Assembly: GCA_017639935.1 (NCBI GenBank) | Contig: JAGFWP010000028.1 | Coordinates: forward strand, 1-56,191 | DNA length: 56,191 nucleotides | Direction: 5' to 3' | Source of the DNA: Pelagibacteraceae bacterium | GTDB lineage: Bacteria > Pseudomonadota > Alphaproteobacteria > HIMB59 > GCA-002718135 | Shown: in pieces, positions 49,065 to 56,191 of the stretch | Numbering within the stretch: the stretch's first letter is position 1 | Layout: each line of letters begins with the position of its first letter | Notes under the pieces: model-generated | Told to the model about the DNA's origin: nothing | Databases searched by the model: none | Seen by the model: only the letters and a program-made list of their open reading frames with translations | Translations under genes and position numbers: made by a program

Positions 49065-50585
49065 TTATTGATTGGATGCGAGGCTAAGGAGAGAGAGTTG
49101 CGTGATTTTATCATCATTTAGATGATCCAATGGCTTGACAGGATAATCACCGGTGAAATGATGATCCGTGAACTGAGGTGACTCAGCACTTCTTTTTTCA
49201 TGGCCCATGGCTTTATAAAGTCCATCAAGAGATAAAAACTTAAGAGATTTGGCGCCAATGTATTCACAAATTTCCTCATTTGATTTATTTGCAGCCAGCA
49301 GCTCTTTTTTTGTCGGCGTGTCAACTCCATAAAAATCTGGAAATTTGATCTCAGGACTGGCAATGCGCACGTGAACTTCTTTTGCCCCTGCGTGATAGAG
49401 TGTTTTTATAATTTTATGACAGGTTGTGCCTCTTACTAATGAATCATCAATAAGAACCACAACTTTATCCTTGATGGAAGATTTATTTGCATTCAGCTTC
49501 AGTTTTACGCCTAGACTGCGAATGTTTTGTGATGGCTGAATAAACGTTCTTCCAACGTAATGATTACGAATAAGTCCTAATTCAAAATGAATACCTGCTG
49601 CCTGACTATAACCAAGTGCCGCGGGAACGCCTGAGTCCGGAACAGGGACGACAACATCAGGTCGGACCCCGCATTCTTTTGCAAGTTGTTCTCCAAGATT
49701 CTTTCTATATTCATAAGCGCATTGACCTTCCAGCAAACTATCAGGTCTAGCAAAATAAATGTATTCAAAAACATCAGGGCGTTTTGCTCTTATAGGAAAA
49801 GGTTTAATGCTTTTCAGTTTTCCTTTTTCTATAATTACAATTTCCCCGTTTTCAATATCACGAACATATTCTGCCCCTATAATATCAAGGGCGCACGTTT
49901 CTGAAGCTAGGATATAAGAGTGATCCAACTTGCCCAAAATAAGAGGACGAATTCCAAAAGGGTCACGAATACCAATCAACATTTCGTTAGAGAGCATGGT
50001 AAGGGCATAGCCACCCTGAATTTGCCACAACGCATCAATAATTTTTTCCACGATCATATTTTTTTTAGAGCGGGCAATTAATTGAACAATTGTTTCGGTA
50101 TCGGAAGTGGTATGGAAAATAGCCCCGTCTTTTACGAGTGATTCGCGCAGCATAATGGCGTTGGTTAAATTCCCGTTATGGGCGATGCTAACGCCTCCTC
50201 CATGGAGGTCGGCGTAAAAAGGTTGAACGTTGCGCATCGTGTCTCTACCTGATGTGGAATAACGGTTATGACCAATTGCCATACTTCCAGATAATTTTTC
50301 TAATGTTTGTGATTTGGTGAAATTATCACCGACCAGCCCCAATCTTCTTTCCAAATGAAAATTTACATTATCATAGGTAACGATACCGCACCCTTCCTGA
50401 CCTCTATGCTGGAGAGCATGCAATCCCAGAGCGGTTAAGGCGGCGGCATCCTTGTTGTCACTGATTCCAAAAACACCGCATTCTTCTTTAATACTTAATT
50501 GATGCCGATGTTGGGCTGTAAATCTGGCTTCAAAGGAGACGTATTTATCCTTCTTTTTGTATGGAGGAATGGAGTTGTTTTTCAT
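49065..50585 (-). CDS. purF: Amidophosphoribosyltransferase
   Basis: Propeptide then EECGVFG, LQHRGQE, GHNRYST, PDSG, IDDSLVRGTT. Confidence 0.96.
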   Translation of the reverse strand: MKNNSIPPYKKKDKYVSFEARFTAQHRHQLSIKEECGVFGISDNKDAAALTALGLHALQHRGQEGCGIVTYDNVNFHLERRLGLVGDNFTKSQTLEKLSGSMAIGHNRYSTSGRDTMRNVQPFYADLHGGGVSIAHNGNLTNAIMLRESLVKDGAIFHTTSDTETIVQLIARSKKNMIVEKIIDALWQIQGGYALTMLSNEMLIGIRDPFGIRPLILGKLDHSYILASETCALDIIGAEYVRDIENGEIVIIEKGKLKSIKPFPIRAKRPDVFEYIYFARPDSLLEGQCAYEYRKNLGEQLAKECGVRPDVVVPVPDSGVPAALGYSQAAGIHFELGLIRNHYVGRTFIQPSQNIRSLGVKLKLNANKSSIKDKVVVLIDDSLVRGTTCHKIIKTLYHAGAKEVHVRIASPEIKFPDFYGVDTPTKKELLAANKSNEEICEYIGAKSLKFLSLDGLYKAMGHEKRSAESPQFTDHHFTGDYPVKPLDHLNDDKITQLSLLSLASNQ

Positions 50586-51169
50586 TAATTCTTAGTTTTC
50601 AATATCTTACCTGCAACAATTTCCAAGGCTTTCGGATAAATAATATGTTCCTCTCTTAATATTTTTTTTGAGAGGGATTCGGTATTATCATTTGCATTAA
50701 TTGCCATTTTTTTTTGCAAAATAATCTCTCCATCATCTATTTTTTCATTAACGAAATGAACGGTACAACCGGAATATGACGCTCCTGCTTTTATAGCCTG
50801 TTCTTGAGCATTTAATCCTTTGAAGTATGGTAAATATGAGGGATGAATATTAATAATTCGATCTTTCCATCTTTGAAGAAATTCTTTTGATATGATTTGC
50901 ATGAAGCCAGCTAAACATATGAGTTCAATTTTTTCATCCCTTAATAAACTTTGGGCCACACTTTCAAATTCTTTTTTATTTGCGTATTGAGTTTTGATTT
51001 GATGAGAAGCCGCAATATTTATGCCTTCCGCATCTTCTTTATTAGACATCACAAGATTAATAGTGGATGGAAAATCATTTTTTTTTGCAGCTTCGATTAA
51101 AACACTCATATTAGATCCACGCCCAGAGATAAAGATTGCTGTTCTTACTTTTTTCAACTTATGGAACAA
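50585..51169 (-). CDS. purN: Phosphoribosylglycinamide formyltransferase
   Basis: SGRGSN, LAGFM, INIHPSYLP, GCTVHFV. Confidence 0.95.
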   Translation of the reverse strand: MFHKLKKVRTAIFISGRGSNMSVLIEAAKKNDFPSTINLVMSNKEDAEGINIAASHQIKTQYANKKEFESVAQSLLRDEKIELICLAGFMQIISKEFLQRWKDRIINIHPSYLPYFKGLNAQEQAIKAGASYSGCTVHFVNEKIDDGEIILQKKMAINANDNTESLSKKILREEHIIYPKALEIVAGKILKTKN

Positions 51170-52188
51170 TAATTTGATTGTGAGGATGAGGTTAGAGAAC
51201 CAATTTCAAAAAAATCTTTATCTCCATTGACTAATTCAAAAAAATTCTTTTTTTCTTTATTGTCAATGATAAGGATCATCCCCATGCCGCAATTAAAGGT
51301 GTTAAACATGTCTTGCTTTTTCATGCTTGCAAGATCTTGGAACCAATCAAAAAGATTATTTTTTGGTAAAAAACTTTTATTAATATCTGCGCCTAAATTG
51401 TCAGGCAGCATCCGGGGAACGTTTCCAATAATTCCTCCGCCCGTGATATGGGCCATACCTTTAATAATATTTTTTTCAACAAAGGGTTTTAAAATAGAAT
51501 GATAAAGCTTTGTTGGTTCCATCACAGCTTCGCCTAAAGTTTTCCAATTCGAATCGAATGGCGTTTTGCCATTTAAGTCACAACTCTTATCTTTTAATAC
51601 TTTTCTAACAAGAGAGTATCCGTTGGAGTGAAATCCAGAAGAGGTTACGCCTATCAATACATCACCTTCATTCATGTTATCTTTTTGCGGAAGCAGCCCC
51701 TGCCTTTCTACAGCTCCCACACAGAAACCTGCTAAATCAAAATCGTTTGATCGGTACACCCCCGGCATTTCCGCTGTCTCTCCCCCAATTAATAAACATC
51801 CACTTTCCTTACAAGCTAGAGCAATGCTTCTAACTATTTCTAAGAATGAAGATTTATCTATTTTTGAGGAGGCGTAGTAGTCTAGAAAAAAAAGAGGATC
51901 AGCGCCATGACAAACAGTGTCATTCAGGCACATCCCGACTAAATCAAAACCAAGACCATCTAAAAGACCTGTCTCGATGCCTAATAAAATCTTTGTGCCA
52001 ACCCCATCTGTCGATGTAACTAGAAGGGGATCAGAATAACCGCATTTTTTTAGATCGAATATTCCTGCGAAACCGCCAATGTTACTTATCTGTCCAGGTC
52101 GCGATGTTTTATTGCTATAGGTGACAATATCTTCCACCATTGCATCAGTCGCTTCAATATTTACGCCCGCATCCTTGTATGTTGCCAT
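51154..52188 (-). CDS. purM: AIR synthetase
   Basis: TYKDAGV, TDGVGTK, GGETAEMPG, HSNGYSL, HITGGG. Confidence 0.96.
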   Translation of the reverse strand: MATYKDAGVNIEATDAMVEDIVTYSNKTSRPGQISNIGGFAGIFDLKKCGYSDPLLVTSTDGVGTKILLGIETGLLDGLGFDLVGMCLNDTVCHGADPLFFLDYYASSKIDKSSFLEIVRSIALACKESGCLLIGGETAEMPGVYRSNDFDLAGFCVGAVERQGLLPQKDNMNEGDVLIGVTSSGFHSNGYSLVRKVLKDKSCDLNGKTPFDSNWKTLGEAVMEPTKLYHSILKPFVEKNIIKGMAHITGGGIIGNVPRMLPDNLGADINKSFLPKNNLFDWFQDLASMKKQDMFNTFNCGMGMILIIDNKEKKNFFELVNGDKDFFEIGSLTSSSQSNYCSIS

Positions 52189-52276
52189 CTAATTAATTAC
52201 TTTTAAACGAATCGTTACAGAGTGCATTAATATTATACTTTAATTATTTAATTCGTAAATTAAATCTACGTTATTG

Positions 52277-55222
52277 ATGCCAAGTCAAATCCAGATATTA
52301 AATATACATTCAACTGGAAGGGAAAAATCACTTGCGGCCCTGTTTTCTCGGAAACAACTGGCTAACTTAAAAATTACTGAAGTCTACTATGTTTCAGTCA
52401 ATTTATCCGTCAAACAATTTACTCAAGCTGGTCAATTGTTGTGCAATCCTGTTTCCCAGCAAAATCTTAATGCAAAAAATATTATAAAAATTCTAAGCGC
52501 TTATGGGAAATTTAAATGGGTGATTGAAGTTCGTTATTTACCCGGTGTCACAGACAATGTGGGTCATACAGCTGAAGAAATTATTAGAGAAAATCTAAAA
52601 AATGTAAAAAAGAGCCTTTCGATTGGAAGCGCTCTTTTATATTTTCTGGACACCAAAGAGAAGAATATCATTGACGCTGTTGCCGCTGAAAATTCTAATC
52701 CATTGATACACGGCATTACTATTTTAAGTTTCAAGGATTATCTCAAAAAATTGCGCTCTAATAAAATAACTGATTTCAATGTAAAATTATCACAAAAAAA
52801 ATACATAACGAAAAAAATAAATTTGAATGTTTCCCAAGAAGAACTTCATCAAATTGGCAAACAGGGGATTTTAGAAAATAATAAAATTAGAAGAGGCCCG
52901 CTTGGCTTGGATGTCGCCTCCCTGCAAGCTATTCAAGCGTATTTTAATAAACAAAAAAGACAATCAACTGACGTTGAAATTGAAACACTGGCCCAAACTT
53001 GGTCCGAGCACTGCAAGCACAAAATATTTTCATCTTCCATTGACAACATTCATAAAGGCATTTTTAATACGTACATTCGTGGTGCAACAAGAAAAATCAT
53101 AAAAAAACGAAAAGATAATTTTTGCGTATCACTCTTCTCGGACAATGCAGGAGCTGTTAGTTTTGATAATGACTGGTTGGTGTGCCACAAGGTGGAAACG
53201 CATAATACGCCTTCGGCTCTTGACCCGTTTGGAGGAGCTATAACAGGTATCGTGGGCGTCAATCGTGACTGTCTGGGTTTTGGCAAAGGAGCAAAACCAA
53301 TTGCCAACACCTATGCATTTTATTTTGCCTATCCACATAAAAATTATGATCTATATCGTCAACAAAACAAAAAAAATCCTATGCTCCCAGCGCGCTTGAT
53401 TGCCAAAGGGGTTATTAATGGCGTGCGTGTTGGAGGAAATTGCTCAGGTATTCCAACGCCTCAAGGGACGGTTTATTTTCATGACGGATATGCGGGAAAA
53501 CCATTGGTTTTCTGCGGCACAGTTGGACTTATTCCTCGTAAAATAAAAGGTCAATTATCACATTTAAAAGGAGCGCAACCAGGAGACCATGTTATCATAG
53601 TGGGAGGTCGCGTCGGAAAAGACGGCATACACGGAGCTACTTTTTCATCAGAAAAGCTAGATCCAAACAGCCCTGTTACTGCGGTGCAAATAGGAGATCC
53701 TATAACGCAGAAGAAATTCTCGGATGTGATTATTCGTGAACTGCGAGAGAAAAATTTATATTCAAGCATTACGGACAATGGTGCTGGCGGCTTGTCATCC
53801 TCTGTTGGAGAAATGGCTAAAGAAAGCGGGGGCTTTGCAATTGATTTAGAAAAAATTCCGCTCAAATATGAAGGATTGTATCCATGGGAAATCTGGATTT
53901 CTGAATCGCAAGAGCGGATGACGCTAGCCGTTCATCCAAAGAATGTTCAAAAAGTTATTTCTATTTTTACTCAACGTGGTGTGGAGGCGACTTCGATTGG
54001 CAAGTTTACTAAAAAAAAGAAAGCAATTGTTCGTTATAACAATGTTGATGTGATGAATATGGACATGAAGTTTTTACATGAAGGGTATCCAAAATTTCAC
54101 TTAAAAACATCCAAACCAAGTTTTATAAATATAAAAAAATCACAAATAAAAAAACACTCTTTTAAGAAAGAGCTTTTAACTCTTCTTGCCAGTCCTAACA
54201 TTTGTTCAAAAGAATTTATCAGCACTCAATACGATCATGAAGTGCAGGCAACATCTATTATTAAACCGCTTCAAGGAGAGGGGAGAGTTTTTAGTGATGC
54301 AACAGCAATCAAGCCTCTTTTTTCCTCCAATCAATCCCTGGCCCTATCCCAGGCTGCTTTTCCACGTTATGCAAATTTAGATGCATACAAAATGGCGGCT
54401 TGCTCAGTGGATACCGCTGTTCGCAATTTAGTTGTTCTTGGCGCGAACATAAAAAAGATAGCCCTCTTAGATAATTTTTGTTGGTGTAGTCCTGAGGAAG
54501 AAGAGCGATTGTATCAGTTAAAAAAAGCAGCCGAGGCTTGCCACGACTATGCTCTTGCGTACCGAACGCCTTTCATCTCTGGCAAGGATAGTATGTATAA
54601 TGATTTCAGCGGTTTTGACGCAAAAAATAATAAAATAAAAATATCCATACCTCCGACACTATTAATTTCATCATTAGGAATAGTGAAATCAATTAATGAC
54701 TTAACCTCTATCTGTCCCTCGATAAAAGATTTGATCTACGTGATTGGAGAAACAAAAGAAGAGCTGGGAGGTTCAGAATACGGGAACATGTTCGGATATG
54801 AAAATATTAACGTGCCATCTGTTAATCCAAAAAAAGCCCTGAAATTATACAACGTATTCAGCAGGGCGAATAAAAAAGACCTTATTTCTTCAGCCATTAG
54901 CGTGCATATGGGGGGATTGGGCGTAGCCTTCTCAAAAATGGCCATCGCATCACAGACGGGTATGCAGCTTGATTTATCAAGAATTAATTTGTTTGGATCA
55001 GCTAACACACTGTTTGCGGAGTCTCAAAGTCGGATGATTGTTTCCATTAAACCATCCAATAAAAAATTTTTTGAAAAATTATTTACCCGACATATCATTA
55101 ACCGTGTTGGAGAATGTACATCGAAGAAAAAATTCTTATGTCGTCTTTCTAACAAAGATTCAATCCAAGTTACTGTAAGTGATCTAACCAGAGCATATAA
55201 AGGAAATATAAAAAAATTATGA
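52277..55222 (+). CDS. purL: FGAM synthase synthetase subunit, long form with N-terminal PurS-like region
   Basis: WSEHCKH, ETHNTPS, DGIHGA, SESQERM, SGKDS; N-terminal YLPGVTDNVG. Confidence 0.92.
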   Translation: MPSQIQILNIHSTGREKSLAALFSRKQLANLKITEVYYVSVNLSVKQFTQAGQLLCNPVSQQNLNAKNIIKILSAYGKFKWVIEVRYLPGVTDNVGHTAEEIIRENLKNVKKSLSIGSALLYFLDTKEKNIIDAVAAENSNPLIHGITILSFKDYLKKLRSNKITDFNVKLSQKKYITKKINLNVSQEELHQIGKQGILENNKIRRGPLGLDVASLQAIQAYFNKQKRQSTDVEIETLAQTWSEHCKHKIFSSSIDNIHKGIFNTYIRGATRKIIKKRKDNFCVSLFSDNAGAVSFDNDWLVCHKVETHNTPSALDPFGGAITGIVGVNRDCLGFGKGAKPIANTYAFYFAYPHKNYDLYRQQNKKNPMLPARLIAKGVINGVRVGGNCSGIPTPQGTVYFHDGYAGKPLVFCGTVGLIPRKIKGQLSHLKGAQPGDHVIIVGGRVGKDGIHGATFSSEKLDPNSPVTAVQIGDPITQKKFSDVIIRELREKNLYSSITDNGAGGLSSSVGEMAKESGGFAIDLEKIPLKYEGLYPWEIWISESQERMTLAVHPKNVQKVISIFTQRGVEATSIGKFTKKKKAIVRYNNVDVMNMDMKFLHEGYPKFHLKTSKPSFINIKKSQIKKHSFKKELLTLLASPNICSKEFISTQYDHEVQATSIIKPLQGEGRVFSDATAIKPLFSSNQSLALSQAAFPRYANLDAYKMAACSVDTAVRNLVVLGANIKKIALLDNFCWCSPEEEERLYQLKKAAEACHDYALAYRTPFISGKDSMYNDFSGFDAKNNKIKISIPPTLLISSLGIVKSINDLTSICPSIKDLIYVIGETKEELGGSEYGNMFGYENINVPSVNPKKALKLYNVFSRANKKDLISSAISVHMGGLGVAFSKMAIASQTGMQLDLSRINLFGSANTLFAESQSRMIVSIKPSNKKFFEKLFTRHIINRVGECTSKKKFLCRLSNKDSIQVTVSDLTRAYKGNIKKL

Positions 55223-56007
55223 GAGCATTAATTATTTCAGGCTATGGCATTAACTGTGAAGATGAAACGTTGCATGCTTTTACAAAAACAGGCTTTAAGG
55301 GATCAATTGTTCATATAAATGATTTGATCGATAATCCTGAAACGCTTAATCAATTTCAAATTGTAGCGTTTCCTGGAGGGTTTTCTTATGGTGATGATAC
55401 GGGTTCGGGCAATGCAATGGCGAATAAAATTAAAAATAATTTATTCGATCATCTTTCAGAATTTTTATTGAAAGATAAATTGGTGATCGGCATATGTAAT
55501 GGATGTCAGATCCTTGTTAATTTGGGGATTGTTCCAGCGATAAATTCAACTACTAGAGAAGTTGCTTTGGTAGAAAATGATTCAGCTGTATATCAATGTC
55601 GTTGGATAAATCTAAAAGTTTCAAAAAATAGCTCTCCCTGGTTAACGGATATCAAAAAAATGCACTTACCCGTGGCGCATCAGGAAGGCAAGTTTATGGT
55701 AGCCAAAAGTATACAAGGTGAACTTGTAAGACATGATTTGATTGCTTGTCAGTATATTGACAAGAAAGGAAAGTTAGCAAAACAAATATTTCCCCATAAT
55801 CCCAATGGATCGGATATGGATATAGCTGCTTTGACAAATGCAAAAGGCAACGTTTTGGCAATGATGCCTCATCCTGAAAGAGCTTTATATAAAACCCAGG
55901 AACCAGATTGGTTAAATGATAATAAAACAGGATCAAAGCATAATATGAGCTTTGTGTTCGCTGACGGATATAAAATATTTAAAAATGCATTTGATTATTT
56001 TAAATAA
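55219..56007 (+). CDS. purQ: FGAM synthase glutaminase subunit
   Basis: GINC, PGGFSYGD, GICNGCQ, NPNGS, MMPHPER. Confidence 0.94.
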   Translation: MRALIISGYGINCEDETLHAFTKTGFKGSIVHINDLIDNPETLNQFQIVAFPGGFSYGDDTGSGNAMANKIKNNLFDHLSEFLLKDKLVIGICNGCQILVNLGIVPAINSTTREVALVENDSAVYQCRWINLKVSKNSSPWLTDIKKMHLPVAHQEGKFMVAKSIQGELVRHDLIACQYIDKKGKLAKQIFPHNPNGSDMDIAALTNAKGNVLAMMPHPERALYKTQEPDWLNDNKTGSKHNMSFVFADGYKIFKNAFDYFK

Positions 56008-56042
56008 ACTTATGCCTTAAATACAACATTCCTCGTGGTTAA

Positions 56043-56078
56043 ATGTATAATAAAATGTATTATAATATGTATTATAAA
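56043..56078. repeat. Three tandem 12-bp direct repeats
   Basis: ATGTATAATAAA, ATGTATTATAAT, ATGTATTATAAA. Confidence 0.7.
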
Positions 56079-56089
56079 AAGATCTTAGA

Positions 56090-56191
56090 ATGACAAAAGT
56101 TTTTTTGGTTTACGGACATTATGATGACAAATCTTTTAACGCTTCAATAAAAAATACCTTCATTGAGACTGCTAAAGAAAATGGACATGAA
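56090..56191 (+). CDS. Partial NAD(P)H-dependent flavodoxin-like oxidoreductase (runs off the window)
   Basis: Hand translation MTKVFLVYGHYDDKSFNASIKNTFIETAKENGHE resembles the flavodoxin-2 N-terminus (H....SFN). Confidence 0.6.
   Translation, partial: MTKVFLVYGHYDDKSFNASIKNTFIETAKENGHE

Noticed and set aside
1062-55936. Many short ORFs in the track that overlap longer genes (e.g. 1207-1515, 27062-27409, 43903-44280, 45639-46085)
   Set aside because: They are antisense or off-frame shadows of well-supported genes with no recognisable motifs.
1-56191. CRISPR arrays, tRNA/rRNA genes, IS elements, integrases, prophage or defence genes
   Set aside because: No repeat-spacer pattern or matching motifs seen; intergenic gaps are all short (about 210 bp at most).

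Overview
AT-rich, tightly packed bacterial chromosomal segment. Gene content and synteny indicate a streamlined, probably marine, alphaproteobacterium (Pelagibacterales/HIMB59-like is an inference only). From left to right: (1) an inositol/cyclitol-type uptake and catabolism region (ABC permease with a large insertion, ATPase, PhyH dioxygenase, MocD-like desaturase, Gfo/Idh/MocA dehydrogenase, HpcH aldolase, iolE, galM); (2) housekeeping genes (ribF-ileS-lspA-DUF3035-pgi, rsmD/rluB, tadA-xseA, lipid A genes, ubiA, rsmE); (3) an unusual respiratory module: an orphan Rieske petA with an extra N-terminal hydrophobic helix, a coxMNOP-type oxidase operon with subunit IV, ctaB and a small CxxC membrane protein, and divergent pseudoazurin-ctaG, with FNR-type boxes in the shared promoter; (4) thrC, an M16 peptidase, a Liv-type ABC transporter, a frameshifted flavin reductase and a DUF1800/DUF1501 pair; (5) a consolidated, apparently mosaic purine cluster (guaB, purE, PAICS-like purC, purD, purF, purN, purM, long purL, purQ) with no purK or purS. 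I saw no rRNA, tRNA, CRISPR array or mobile element. All calls come from motif recognition by eye, with no database searches.
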